From: Vulcanimicrobiota bacterium
GTDB lineage: Bacteria > Vulcanimicrobiota > Vulcanimicrobiia > Vulcanimicrobiales > Vulcanimicrobiaceae
Direction of reading: 5' to 3'
Length of the DNA stretch: 64,000 bases
Assembly: GCA_963795855.1 (NCBI GenBank)
Contig: CAWCIZ010000001.1
Location: forward strand, 320,001 to 384,000
Part shown: positions 39,898-49,998 of the stretch, piece after piece
How positions within the stretch are numbered: position 1 is the stretch's first letter
Layout of the letters: the number at the start of each line of letters is the position of its first letter
Translations under genes and position numbers: made by a program
The notes under the pieces: generated by a model
Databases searched by the model: none
What the model was told of the DNA's origin: nothing
The model's input: only the letters and a program-made list of their open reading frames with translations

Positions 39898-41109
39898 ATG
39901 TCCATCCCCATTTCCGACACCGACGTAGTCGTCATCGCCGGCGCCCGCACGCCGTTCGGCAACTTCGGCGGCGTGTTGTCAAGCCTTTCGGCCACCGACC
40001 TTGCGGTGCATGCGGCGCAAGCCGTTCTCCAGCGGAGCGGCGTTCCGAAAGAGCGCATCGACGACGTCGTCTTCGGCAACGTCATGCAGACCAGCGCCGA
40101 CGCGATCTATCTCGCGCGGCATGTGGGTCTTCGGTCCGGCATCCCGATCGGCGTTCCCGCGCTTACGTTGAACCGTTTGTGCGGCAGCGGGCTGCAAGCG
40201 ATTCTGACTGCAGCGAATGCGCTGCGTTTGGGTCAGAGCACGTACGCGCTCGCGGGCGGCACCGAGTCGATGAGCCAAGCGCCGCACGTCGTGCGCGGTG
40301 CGCGGAACGGCTTCCCGCTCGGCTCGAGCGTGAAATTCGAAGACACGCTGTGGGAAGCGCTGACCGACTCGTACAACGGCTTGCCGATGGCGATCACCGC
40401 GGAAAACCTCGCGGAACGCTATGCCGTGCCGCGTGAAGCGTGCGATGAGTTTGCGCTGCAATCGCAAGAAGGCGCGCTGCAAGCGCAAGGCGACGGCTAT
40501 TTCGCCGAAGAGATCGCTCCAATCGAGATCAAAGATCGAAAAGGCGCAATCACTGCAATCGATCGCGACGAAGGACCGCGCGCCGGTTTATCGATGGAAA
40601 AACTTTCGAAACTGCCGCCCCGCTTCCGTAAGGACGGCGTCGTTACGCCGGGCAACGCGAGCGGTATCACCGACGGTGCGGCAGCCGTCGTGCTTACGAC
40701 GGTGAAGCAAGCCAAAGCGGATGGATTGACGTGGATCGGCCGGCTCGCGGGCGCGAGCGTCGTCGGCGTCGATCCGGACGTCATGGGCATCGGCCCCGCC
40801 GTCGCGATTCCGAAAGCGCTGCAGGACGCAAACGTGAAATTGAACGACGTGAAGGTCATCGAAATCAATGAGGCTTTTGCGCCGCAAGTGCTCGCATGCC
40901 TCAAGGAAATGAGAATCGCGCGGGGCGACGGTGCGCGAATCAACCCGCACGGCGGCGCGATCGCTCTCGGGCATCCGCTCGGCGCGTCCGGTGCGCGGAT
41001 CGCGTATACGGCGATGCACGAGTTGCGGCAAAACGGCGGCGGCTTCGCAGTCGCGTCCGCCTGCATCGGAGGCGGCCAAGGCATCGCGGCGGTCTTCACC
41101 GCGGAGTAA
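39898..41109 (+). CDS. acetyl-CoA C-acyltransferase (thiolase)
   Basis: NRLCGSG, GNASGITDGA, EINEAFA, GHPLGASG, CIGGGQG. Confidence 0.96.
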   Translation: MSIPISDTDVVVIAGARTPFGNFGGVLSSLSATDLAVHAAQAVLQRSGVPKERIDDVVFGNVMQTSADAIYLARHVGLRSGIPIGVPALTLNRLCGSGLQAILTAANALRLGQSTYALAGGTESMSQAPHVVRGARNGFPLGSSVKFEDTLWEALTDSYNGLPMAITAENLAERYAVPREACDEFALQSQEGALQAQGDGYFAEEIAPIEIKDRKGAITAIDRDEGPRAGLSMEKLSKLPPRFRKDGVVTPGNASGITDGAAAVVLTTVKQAKADGLTWIGRLAGASVVGVDPDVMGIGPAVAIPKALQDANVKLNDVKVIEINEAFAPQVLACLKEMRIARGDGARINPHGGAIALGHPLGASGARIAYTAMHELRQNGGGFAVASACIGGGQGIAAVFTAE

Positions 41110-41110
41110 C

Positions 41111-41650
41111 ATGAACGATCGACCCTCCAAGCGGCCATGGTTCACGCTTTCCCGCGCCTTGGATGCTCTCGCCGTGCTCCTCGTGCTGTTCGTGGCGTAC
41201 CGGATCTTCGTCGCGCCGCGGTATCTGAGCACTCGCAACGCGCACCCGGCGCCGCGTGTCGTCTATCAAACGCTGGACGGAAAGCCGTTCGCGCTCGCGC
41301 AGCAGCACGGACGCGTCGTGTTTCTCGATTTCTGGGCGTCTTGGTGCGAGCCGTGTAAGCTTTCGCTGCCGATGGTCGAAAAGTTCGCCCGTTCTCATCC
41401 GAAAGTGGAGGTCGTTCCGGTCGACGTCGGCGAGCCGCGGGACGTGGTCGCCGCATTTGCGCGCTCTCACGCCATGCAAAACGTGGCGCTGGATCCCAAG
41501 ACGCTTTCACAAGGCTTTTTTCAAATCGAAGGCTTCCCGACGATGGTCGTGATCGATCCGCAAGGCCGCATCCGCGCAACCTGGACCGGCTTCAATCCGG
41601 CCATCGCCGCGAACATGGCGCACGCCGAACGGGTTCTTTCATCGTCGTGA
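41111..41650 (+). CDS. TlpA-family membrane-anchored thiol-disulfide oxidoreductase
   Basis: N-terminal TM, DFWASWCEPC, GFPTMVVIDPQG. Confidence 0.9.
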   Translation: MNDRPSKRPWFTLSRALDALAVLLVLFVAYRIFVAPRYLSTRNAHPAPRVVYQTLDGKPFALAQQHGRVVFLDFWASWCEPCKLSLPMVEKFARSHPKVEVVPVDVGEPRDVVAAFARSHAMQNVALDPKTLSQGFFQIEGFPTMVVIDPQGRIRATWTGFNPAIAANMAHAERVLSSS

Positions 41651-42630
41651 ATGTTCCGAAAGCCGAGATCCACATCCATTTGGAAGGCGCCACGAGCGCC
41701 GAAACCTATTTCGAAATAGCAAGACGCAACGGCGTGGAGTTGCCCGCACACGACCTGCCGCAGTGGCGGGATTTTTTTCATTACGACGACTTCGATCACT
41801 TCATCGAGGTGTACGTTACCTCGACGAAACTCTTGCGGCGCGCCGAGGATTACGAATTCATCGTGCGGCGGTTCGGCGCTCGGCAAGCCGCGCTGAACGT
41901 GCAGTACACCGAAGCGTTCGTGAGCTGTTCGCTCGTTCCGTCCGGCGTCGCTGCGGAGGAATTTCTGGACGCGCTGCGCCGCGGGAGCGAGTCGGTGGAA
42001 CGCGATCACGGAGTCCGCGTCGCCTTCATCGGCGACATCTCGCGCGAGCTTCCGGACAGCCGCCATCGCGTCGTGGATCTGGTCAGCCAAGGACGCAAGC
42101 GCGGCACGTTCATCGGTTTGGGACTCGGCGGTCCGGAAGTCGGCTTTCCGCCCGAGCTCTTCGAAGACGCGTTCGCGCGAGCGAGAGCCGCAGGCTTGCG
42201 CGTCGTCGCGCATGCGGGAGAAACCGGCGGCGCCAAAAGCGTGCGCGGCGCGCTGGATTCCCTGCGCGCGGAGCGCATCGGGCACGGCGTGCAGAGTTTG
42301 CAAGACGAAGCGCTCGTCGAGCGGTTGCGCGGCGAGGGCGTTCCACTCGAAATCTGCCCGCACAGCAATTACCGGCTCGGCGTCGTCGCGCCGGGCGAAC
42401 CGCATCCGATACGCGCGCTATTCGACGCAGGCGTCCGATGCACGGTGAATTCCGACGATCCGGCGATGTTCGAAACGGACATTAACCGCGAATACCAGCT
42501 GCTGGAGGAGCAAGGCTTTACCGCCGAAGAGCTGCGTCGCCTGAATGCGTGCACGCTCGATGCAACGTTTCTCTCCGATGCGGACAAACGCGCGCTGCGC
42601 GACCAGTGGGGCCTTACCGCGAACCTTTGA
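41647..42630 (+). CDS. add: adenosine deaminase family
   Basis: PKAEIHIHLEG, AHAGE, ERIGHG, EICPHSN, VNSDDP. Confidence 0.9.
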   Translation: MNVPKAEIHIHLEGATSAETYFEIARRNGVELPAHDLPQWRDFFHYDDFDHFIEVYVTSTKLLRRAEDYEFIVRRFGARQAALNVQYTEAFVSCSLVPSGVAAEEFLDALRRGSESVERDHGVRVAFIGDISRELPDSRHRVVDLVSQGRKRGTFIGLGLGGPEVGFPPELFEDAFARARAAGLRVVAHAGETGGAKSVRGALDSLRAERIGHGVQSLQDEALVERLRGEGVPLEICPHSNYRLGVVAPGEPHPIRALFDAGVRCTVNSDDPAMFETDINREYQLLEEQGFTAEELRRLNACTLDATFLSDADKRALRDQWGLTANL

Positions 42631-43591
42631 TGTCGCCGTCGATTTCCGCCATCAGCGCTTGACCGGGCACGAGCGTAAAGGCGGGCAGCATGAAATGCAG
42701 CGTGTTGTCAAAGATGGTTCCGAAGATCATTCCCGATGATTTGCCGGCGCTGAAGAAGCTCAGATTGTAGCGCAGCTGGTCGTCCAAGACGAACGGAAAC
42801 CAGACGTCGACGATCGTTCCCGCCGCAAAGGCGATCGGCTTGGAGCCTCCCGCTTCGAGATCGAAGTAGCACACCGCATCGGGACCGCCCCAACCCGGCG
42901 CGGGCGCATGGCTCGGCGCGAATTCCGCCTGGGTCGGCGGCCGAGCGAAGAAACGCGTCAGACGAGCATCCGGCGTCGCGTCGTTGGGCGAATACGTAAC
43001 GGTGAAGTCGTATCCGCTGGTAAATGCGCGAACCGGCGGATGAATGGTTCCGCCGCCGTTTCGAAAGCGTACGTCGGCACTAACGGCGTAGACCTCGCCG
43101 GAGCAGCTGCGCGAAGCCCCCGAGTTTCGAACGTCCGTATTATGTGCGCCGGCTGCGGCAACGAGGTCCCGATGCATGCCGGCATTCGCGAGCGTTTCGG
43201 GAGTCGGCGGCCGCATGAAAGATGGCGGCGCGTACGCGTCCGGATACGACGTGGTGGGAACCAGCGGAAACGCCGTTTGGCGATACCAACAGCCAGAGTA
43301 GAACGTCATGTCCAAGGCATCCCACCAGCGATCGTTCTGCACGACGAGCCCCATGATGCCGTGCTGCTTCCCGGAATTCCACGAGAGCAGCGCTTGATCT
43401 CCGGCAACGACGACGTCGCTGACGGGGACGTTTTCCGGCTGTGCGCCGGATTGCCGCACGCGCCGCGCGAGAAGGCGACGCGCGTTCGACCGCACGGTGG
43501 AAACGGCACCGTGCGCTCCAAAGTCGTCGGCGCGCGCGCATAGCGGGACGAACATCAGCACTATTGCCGGTAAGATCCCCAGCACTTTCAT
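42614..43591 (-). CDS. secreted hypothetical protein
   Basis: signal peptide MKVLGILPAIVLMFVPLCARA. Confidence 0.65.
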   Translation of the reverse strand: MKVLGILPAIVLMFVPLCARADDFGAHGAVSTVRSNARRLLARRVRQSGAQPENVPVSDVVVAGDQALLSWNSGKQHGIMGLVVQNDRWWDALDMTFYSGCWYRQTAFPLVPTTSYPDAYAPPSFMRPPTPETLANAGMHRDLVAAAGAHNTDVRNSGASRSCSGEVYAVSADVRFRNGGGTIHPPVRAFTSGYDFTVTYSPNDATPDARLTRFFARPPTQAEFAPSHAPAPGWGGPDAVCYFDLEAGGSKPIAFAAGTIVDVWFPFVLDDQLRYNLSFFSAGKSSGMIFGTIFDNTLHFMLPAFTLVPGQALMAEIDGDIKGSR

Positions 43592-43668
43592 CTCGGCGGG
43601 ACGTTCGACGGACGCGCGCGCGAACGCTACCGAAGGAAGGCCCGCAGTGCGAAACAATACTGCAGGGT

Positions 43669-44634
43669 ATGGTTGTTCGCAGGCGACCCGCTCGCGTATC
43701 CCGCCCGGCCCGCGTGGGGTTGGCGGCGCTCGCGTTCGTCATCGGTGCGGCCGTTCTGCTGTACTTTTCCGCGCGCGCATTGCGCGGCGGTTCCGGATAT
43801 CAAATCGGCGTGCGTTTTCCATCGGCGGCCGGCGTCAATCCTGGGGCGCAAGTCTTTCTGAGCGGTGTCGACGTGGGCACCGTCAGCAAAGTAATCATAT
43901 TGCCGGACGCAAGCGTCGACTTCATTCTTACGATCTTCCGCAACACGGACATCTCGCGCAGCGCGAAATTTTCGGTGCAAACGTCATTGACGGGATCTCC
44001 GAGCGTCGCCATCACGCCGCCGATTCTGCGCCTAGCGGCGAATCAGACGCCGGGGCCGGTGCAGCGGAGCGAGGTGCTGCCGAAGTACGTGCTTCCGGTG
44101 GCGGAGCAGCCCGTCGGCGTGACGCCCTTGACGCTTGAAGCGATCATGGGCCAAGGAAAAGCACTCGGGAACCGCGCTTCCGCGGTATTGGCGCTTGCAA
44201 AACCGTACGGGGCGCGCCTGCAGCGCCATCTGCAAAACGCGCGCGCAAACGGCGCTGCGACGGCGCAGGAGTTGCAGGGAGTGCGGCCCGCACTGATGGG
44301 CGGCCTGCAATCGACGATCGCGCGCGCTAAAGCGAACGCAGCGCAAGCGCAGACGATTCTGCGGCAGCGCGACCAAGGAAAGCTTACCGCAGTTGCGGCG
44401 GCGTTTACGCGAACGGCGGGGGACATGAAGCGCACGGCGGCGTCGCTGGATGCGATGAAACGCGATCCGCAGTTGCGTGCGAGCGTGCAATCCGCGCAGG
44501 TGCAATTACGCTCGGCGACCGCGAATCTCGCGAAACTCTCCGTGGATTTGCAGCGGATTGCGGGCAGCGCGCAGACGAAAGCGGAACTGCGCGATGCGGG
44601 TGCGCGGCTGCACGCTATTCTTCAGCGTCTGTAG
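43669..44634 (+). CDS. MlaD/MCE-domain protein
   Basis: TM, FPSAAGVNPGAQVFLSGVDVGTV, long helical C-terminus. Confidence 0.85.
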   Translation: MVVRRRPARVSRPARVGLAALAFVIGAAVLLYFSARALRGGSGYQIGVRFPSAAGVNPGAQVFLSGVDVGTVSKVIILPDASVDFILTIFRNTDISRSAKFSVQTSLTGSPSVAITPPILRLAANQTPGPVQRSEVLPKYVLPVAEQPVGVTPLTLEAIMGQGKALGNRASAVLALAKPYGARLQRHLQNARANGAATAQELQGVRPALMGGLQSTIARAKANAAQAQTILRQRDQGKLTAVAAAFTRTAGDMKRTAASLDAMKRDPQLRASVQSAQVQLRSATANLAKLSVDLQRIAGSAQTKAELRDAGARLHAILQRL

Positions 44635-44638
44635 GCGG

Positions 44639-45433
44639 CTAATTCCGCTTCCATTCGGCTTTGCGCTTTTCCAGGAAGGCGCTCGTGCCTTCTTTGAAGT
44701 CGTTCGTATTCACCAGCGTGCCGAATTCCAGCGCTTCGAGTTCGAGCGCATCCGCCAGCGGCAGATGCGCTCCGCCGTTGATGGCGCGCTTGCACGCCGC
44801 GACCGCAAGCGGCGCTTTCTGCGCGATCGTCGCGGCAAGTTTTTTTGCGGCGGGCAGCAGTTCGTCTAGCGGAACGACGCGTTCGACGAGTCCGATCTCT
44901 TTCGCCGTCTGCGCGTCGATCAGCTCGCCGCTCAGGCAGAGAAACATGGCCATCCCTCTGCCGGCAAGACGCGTCGTGCGCTGCGATCCGCCGTAGCCCG
45001 GAATGAGGCCCAGGTTTACTTCCGGCTGCCCGAAGCGCGCGTTTTCACTGGCGATGCGTATGTCGCCGGCCATGGCGAGTTCGCACCCGCCGCCCAAAGC
45101 GAAACCGTTTACCGCCATGATCACGGGTTTACTCAGGCGTTCGATTTGCAGCGTAAGCGCTTGTCCGGCGCGCGCTTTTTGTGCGCCTTCGACCGCGTTC
45201 GCAAGGGCGTTCAGTTCACCGATGTCGGCGCCCGCGGCAAACGCTTTGGTTCCCGCGCCGGTGAGGATGATGCATCGCACGGCGTCGTCGTCATCCAAAT
45301 CCGCGAGTGCCGACGCCAGTTCGGCGAGCAGTTGCGCATTCAGCGCGTTCAAAACGCTCGGCCGGTTTAGCGTGACGACCGCGGTCGGCGCCTCAACCTC
45401 GACGACGATCGTTTCGTACGTTCTAACCGGCAT
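44639..45433 (-). CDS. enoyl-CoA hydratase (crotonase)
   Basis: AFAAGADI, NGFALGGGCEL, FGQPEVNLG. Confidence 0.94.
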   Translation of the reverse strand: MPVRTYETIVVEVEAPTAVVTLNRPSVLNALNAQLLAELASALADLDDDDAVRCIILTGAGTKAFAAGADIGELNALANAVEGAQKARAGQALTLQIERLSKPVIMAVNGFALGGGCELAMAGDIRIASENARFGQPEVNLGLIPGYGGSQRTTRLAGRGMAMFLCLSGELIDAQTAKEIGLVERVVPLDELLPAAKKLAATIAQKAPLAVAACKRAINGGAHLPLADALELEALEFGTLVNTNDFKEGTSAFLEKRKAEWKRN

Positions 45434-46280
45434 AGTCGTAGAAGCCCTTTCCGCTCTTGCGTCCGAAATGGCCGGCGAGCACCATGCGTTTGAGCAGCGG
45501 GGGCGCCGCCATCATCGGATCTTTGAATTCGTCGAACATGATTTGCGCGATGTAATACGTTGTGTCGAGGCCCACGAAGTCGAGGAGTTCGAGCGGTCCC
45601 ATCGGATAGCCGCAGCCGAGCTTCATGCCCTTGTCGATGTCTTCTTTGCTCGCAAGGCCTTCTTCGTACACCTTGATCGCATAGAGCAGATACGGCACGA
45701 GCAGGCGGTTTACGACGAAACCGGTGGTGTCTTTGGCGAGGATCGGCTCTTTCCCCAATTTGCGGGCGAAGTCGAAGAGCGAGTCGACGACGTCTTGCGC
45801 CGTCGCGATCGTTTTGACGACCTCGACGAGCTTCATGATCGGCACCGGGTTGAAGAAATGCAGGCCGGCGACGCGGTTGGGCCGTTTCGTTTTCGCCGCC
45901 AATTCGATGACGCACAGGCTCGACGTGTTCGTACAGATGATTCCATGCGGAGCCAACAGATCGTCGAGTTGCCGGAAGAGCTGCACTTTTGCCTCGACGT
46001 TCTCGACGATCGCTTCGATGACGAGGTCGCACTCGCGCAGATCCGCCACGCTGGTCGTCGCGGTGATGCGTCCCAGAATGGCGTCGCGGTCCGCAGCGGC
46101 AAGCTTTTGCTTCTCGACGAACTTCTCGAGCGATTTCGCAATGCTCTGCATGCCGCGCTGCAGCGGTGCGTCGGCGACTTCCATCAGTACCACATCGAAC
46201 CCGGCGGCTGCGCAGGTTTGCGCGATGCCGTTGCCCATCAATCCGGCGCCGCAGACGCCGACTTTACGTATTTCGTTCAA
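45423..46280 (-). CDS. 3-hydroxybutyryl-CoA dehydrogenase
   Basis: GAGLMGNG, EAIVEN, TNTSS, HFFNPVP, GFVVNRLL, PMGP. Confidence 0.94.
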   Translation of the reverse strand: MNEIRKVGVCGAGLMGNGIAQTCAAAGFDVVLMEVADAPLQRGMQSIAKSLEKFVEKQKLAAADRDAILGRITATTSVADLRECDLVIEAIVENVEAKVQLFRQLDDLLAPHGIICTNTSSLCVIELAAKTKRPNRVAGLHFFNPVPIMKLVEVVKTIATAQDVVDSLFDFARKLGKEPILAKDTTGFVVNRLLVPYLLYAIKVYEEGLASKEDIDKGMKLGCGYPMGPLELLDFVGLDTTYYIAQIMFDEFKDPMMAAPPLLKRMVLAGHFGRKSGKGFYDYAG

Positions 46281-46377
46281 AACCTACTCCTCCAGGTAAA
46301 ACCGCGCTCAAGTTGTCTAATTGCGTGAGCGGAACCTTTGCGGCTATACTGGTAGGCTGAAAGGAGGGTGTCCCGAC

Positions 46378-47014
46378 TTGCGCACTGCTTATCACGAGGC
46401 ACTTGAATCCACCCGCTTAGACGTCGTTCGCCTCGGAGCGCTCGCCGGAGACGCCATCCGTCTCGCCGTTGAGGCGCTGGAGCGCCGCGACTCCGCCGCC
46501 GGAGCGCGCGTGGTGGCGGGGGACGACGTTATCGACGACTTACGTCGCAAGATCGAGTCCTCGTGCATCGAGCTCATTTGGCGTCAGCAGCCGGTAGCGG
46601 GAGAACTGCGCGAAATTGCCGCCATGCTGGAAATCGCCACCGATCTCGAACGCGTCGGCGACTACGCCGTCGACATTGCCAAGCATGCAATCAAGACTTG
46701 CGGACGTGACGCTTCGGCCCGCACGCGTCGAAATCGATCGCATCGCCAGCGTCGCTCACGCGATTCTGCTCGATGCAATGCGCGCGTATACCGAGCGCGA
46801 TGCGGATCTCGCGGAACGCGTCATCGAGGAAGACGACGAAGTCGACCGTCTCTACAAGCGCGGCGTCAAGGCGCTTCAGGAAGAAATGGCCTCCGATCCG
46901 GAAATGGTCAAGGCCGGCACGCGCATGCTGTTCGTGCTCGCGGCACTCGAGCGCGTCGGCGATCGCGCCAACAACATCGCTTGGCACACGAAGGAAATGA
47001 TCGGAACGGCTTGA
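46378..47014 (+). CDS. phoU: phosphate signalling protein PhoU, frameshift near 46697
   Basis: QQPVAGELR, DLERVGDYA, DDEVDRLY, LERVGDRANNIA. Confidence 0.92.
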
Positions 47015-48162
47015 CGACACCGCTTCCACGCGATCTCTTCGCGGTTACCGAACAGTACACGTATCTGAATCACGCCGCCGTCGGAATCCTCGCACGCCCG
47101 ACGCGCGAAGCGCTGCACGCGTTTATCGACGCGCACGCGCGCGAAGGCGTGTTGGGCGTCTTTCCATACGAACGGCGGATGGAAGAGTATCGCGCGCAGA
47201 TCGCGCGTTACATCGGCGCGCAGCCCGGGACCATCGCCGTACTTCGAAATACCGGCGACGGCGCAAACGCGATCGCGGGCGGCTATCCTTGGCAGCCCGG
47301 TGACGAAGTGCTTCTGCCGGACAACGAGTTTCCCGCGAACGCACAACCCTGGCTTGCGCTGCGCGAGCAAGGCGTCAACGTGCGGTTCGTCGAGACCGCG
47401 CTCGAGCGGCTGACGCCGGACGTGCTGCGCCGCCGCATTAGCGCCCGAACGAAAGTGGTTACCGTCTCGTGGGTGTCGTTCGCCGACGGGTACCGCCACG
47501 ATCTCGCGGCGCTGGCGGAAATCGCGCACGAACGCGGCGCAATCCTGGCCGTCGACGGCATTCAGGGCCTGGGCGCCTTTCCCATCGACGTGCAAGCGCA
47601 CGGTATCGACGCGTTTTACTGCGGCGGTGCGAAATGGATGCTCGCGCTGCAAGGCGTGAGTTTCTTGTACGTGCGGCCCGAGCTCGTCGAACGCTTGCGT
47701 CTGGCTGCGCCGGGATGGCGATCGGTTGCGAACATATGGGACTTTTTGGACTACGACCAGCCGCTCGCTCCGGATGCCTCCAAGTTCGAGGGCGGCACCC
47801 CCAACTTCATCGGCGCGTTGTCGCTGTCCGAATCGATCGCCGTTTTCCAAGAAGCGGGAACCCGGCGCATTGCCGAACACGTTCTTGCGCTAACGGACCG
47901 GCTGGCGGAGAACCTGCAGTCGGCCGGGGCAGAAATTGCCGGAGTTCGCGGGTCGAACGAATCGTCCGGAATCCTCACGTTTACACTGCCCGGAAGCGAT
48001 GCGGTCGCGCTCGGCAAAGCGTTGCAGCGTGAGGGGTTCGTGACGACGTATCGTTCGAACGGCGTTCGCGTTGCTCCGCACGGTTACAACACGTTCGCCG
48101 AGATGGACGCGCTCGTCGACGCCGTCAGGCGCTATAGAAAGGAAGTTCCATGCTCCCGCTGA
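47011..48162 (+). CDS. class V PLP-dependent aminotransferase / cysteine desulfurase-like
   Basis: YLNHAA, VDGIQ, GAKW (PLP Lys), FEGGT, RVAPHGYN. Confidence 0.9.
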   Translation: MTTPLPRDLFAVTEQYTYLNHAAVGILARPTREALHAFIDAHAREGVLGVFPYERRMEEYRAQIARYIGAQPGTIAVLRNTGDGANAIAGGYPWQPGDEVLLPDNEFPANAQPWLALREQGVNVRFVETALERLTPDVLRRRISARTKVVTVSWVSFADGYRHDLAALAEIAHERGAILAVDGIQGLGAFPIDVQAHGIDAFYCGGAKWMLALQGVSFLYVRPELVERLRLAAPGWRSVANIWDFLDYDQPLAPDASKFEGGTPNFIGALSLSESIAVFQEAGTRRIAEHVLALTDRLAENLQSAGAEIAGVRGSNESSGILTFTLPGSDAVALGKALQREGFVTTYRSNGVRVAPHGYNTFAEMDALVDAVRRYRKEVPCSR

Positions 48163-48794
48163 TTCTCGCCGCGGCGATGTCCACGCCCGCGCCCGCGAAC
48201 GGAACGTACACGTACGTGATGTCGATGAACGGCACGCAGGTGGAAAAAACCGCCGTGACGGTAACCCGAGACGCCGCCGGCAACGTCGTGCTGAACGAAA
48301 ACGCTACCGGAAACATGAACGGCCGGACCGGAGCGGTGAAGGACACGCTGACGCTCGACGGCGCGCTTTCGCCCGTCGGATACTCCGCGGATGCGTCGAT
48401 CGCCGATTCGCGTTCGATGAAGGCAGCGCTCGCGTTCGAGAACGGCGAGGCCAGGCAAAGCGGCGACGTTACGAAAACCTACGATCTCGTCGCGGACGCG
48501 AAACATTTCGTCGTGCTCGATTTTGGGCCGTTCAGCGGGTATTTCGCCCTTCCCGCGCAGATGCAGGCGTGGAACGACCAGCCGGTGATCGCGATCGTGC
48601 CGATGTACGCACAAGGCGTCCCGCTAGCGGTCGACAAGACGTTCGCGCCCGATCGCCCGAAGAACGTCCCTGCCGGCGACGTGCAGATTTCGGTGAAAAC
48701 GCCGGTGCAATTCACCGTATGGTACGACCCGAAGACGCTGGTCGTCGATCAAATGAACGTACCGGCCGAAGGCGTCAACGTCACCCGCGAATAG
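48150..48794 (+). CDS. secreted hypothetical protein
   Basis: short signal peptide, beta-rich 214 aa. Confidence 0.65.
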   Translation: MLPLILAAAMSTPAPANGTYTYVMSMNGTQVEKTAVTVTRDAAGNVVLNENATGNMNGRTGAVKDTLTLDGALSPVGYSADASIADSRSMKAALAFENGEARQSGDVTKTYDLVADAKHFVVLDFGPFSGYFALPAQMQAWNDQPVIAIVPMYAQGVPLAVDKTFAPDRPKNVPAGDVQISVKTPVQFTVWYDPKTLVVDQMNVPAEGVNVTRE

Positions 48795-48812
48795 GTCTGC
48801 TCCGGCGGGTAT

Positions 48813-49223
48813 ATGTCGCTCATGAAAATGCTGTACATCGGCGTCGCGCTCGCCGTTGCATTGACTGCATGCGGCGGCGGCAAGAGCCAATCGACGAACG
48901 CCAACACCTACGGCCGGACGACCACCAATAACTCCGCGAACGGTGGAAGCACGGCCGGCACATCGACTGCGGCGGTGCCCTCGAGTCTGCATTGCGGAGC
49001 GGTTTCTCCCGTGTGGGCCAACGAACGCACCCACGTCTACCACGTCGCGTCCGATCCGTATTACGGCCGCACCAAGCACGGCGCGTACATGTGCCCGCAG
49101 CAAGCGGCTCGAGAAGGGTATCACGCCGCCGGCGCGAGCGGCAGCGGCTCGATGCACGGCGGCCATCATCGCAAGCGCAACTCGATGCAGGCGCAGCCTT
49201 CGCCGTCGCCCGCTTCACCCTAA
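48813..49223 (+). CDS. lipoprotein
   Basis: lipobox LTAC; VWANERTHVYH...YYGRTKHGAYMC...A..EGYH small domain. Confidence 0.75.
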   Translation: MSLMKMLYIGVALAVALTACGGGKSQSTNANTYGRTTTNNSANGGSTAGTSTAAVPSSLHCGAVSPVWANERTHVYHVASDPYYGRTKHGAYMCPQQAAREGYHAAGASGSGSMHGGHHRKRNSMQAQPSPSPASP

Positions 49224-49227
49224 CGCG

Positions 49228-49959
49228 CTAAAGAATATCGAGGCGGCCGCCGTCCACGACGAGCGTCGTACCGTTGACGAACCGCGCTTCGTCCGAGGCG
49301 ACGAAGCAGATTGCGGCCGCCAAGTCCTCGGGTTTCCCGACTGCGCCTTCGATCTTTTCGGCGCCGCTCTTGACGTTCGGGTTGTTCCAGAGCATCGGCG
49401 TATCGACTGCGCCCGGCGCGACGGAGTTGATTCGAATCTTGCGCTGCTCCATTTCGATGCTGAAGCCGCGCGTGAAGGCTTCGATCGCTCCTTTGGATGC
49501 GGCGTACGGCACGACGTTCGCCGTCGTTTCGTGCGCGTGCACGGAGCTGATGTTGATGATGACGGAACCCGGCGGCATGTGCGGCACGCCGTACTTCGCG
49601 AAGAAGAACACCGACCCCAGATTCGTGTCGATGACGCGAAAAAACTCCGTTTCGGCGATGTCGACGATCGGCGTGAACGTCATCATGGCGGCGTCGTTGA
49701 CGATCACGTCGAGCGATCCGTAGGTCTGCACGGCCTTTGCTATCGACGCTTGCACCTGAGTGGAGTTTCCGACGTCGACCGCAACCGCAATCGCTTGGCC
49801 TTTTGCGGCGACTATTTCATCTACCGTCGTTTGCGCCGTTTCTTCGTGCAGATCGGCCACGACCACGCGTCCGCCTTCGGACGCCATGCGTAGGGCCGTC
49901 GCGCGCCCAATCCCGGAACCCGCCCCGGTGACGAGGCATGTTTTCTCGCTGAATCGCAT
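49228..49959 (-). CDS. SDR oxidoreductase
   Basis: TGAGSGIG, NISS, YAASK. Confidence 0.93.
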   Translation of the reverse strand: MRFSEKTCLVTGAGSGIGRATALRMASEGGRVVVADLHEETAQTTVDEIVAAKGQAIAVAVDVGNSTQVQASIAKAVQTYGSLDVIVNDAAMMTFTPIVDIAETEFFRVIDTNLGSVFFFAKYGVPHMPPGSVIINISSVHAHETTANVVPYAASKGAIEAFTRGFSIEMEQRKIRINSVAPGAVDTPMLWNNPNVKSGAEKIEGAVGKPEDLAAAICFVASDEARFVNGTTLVVDGGRLDIL

Positions 49960-49998
49960 GGAAAGCGGCTTCGGCTCGCCGCGTCGAAACCCCGCGCG

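Noticed and set aside
46321..48162. PhoU-aminotransferase fusion (613 aa)
   Set aside because: Caused by the phoU frameshift; the rest of PhoU is in another frame ending at 47014
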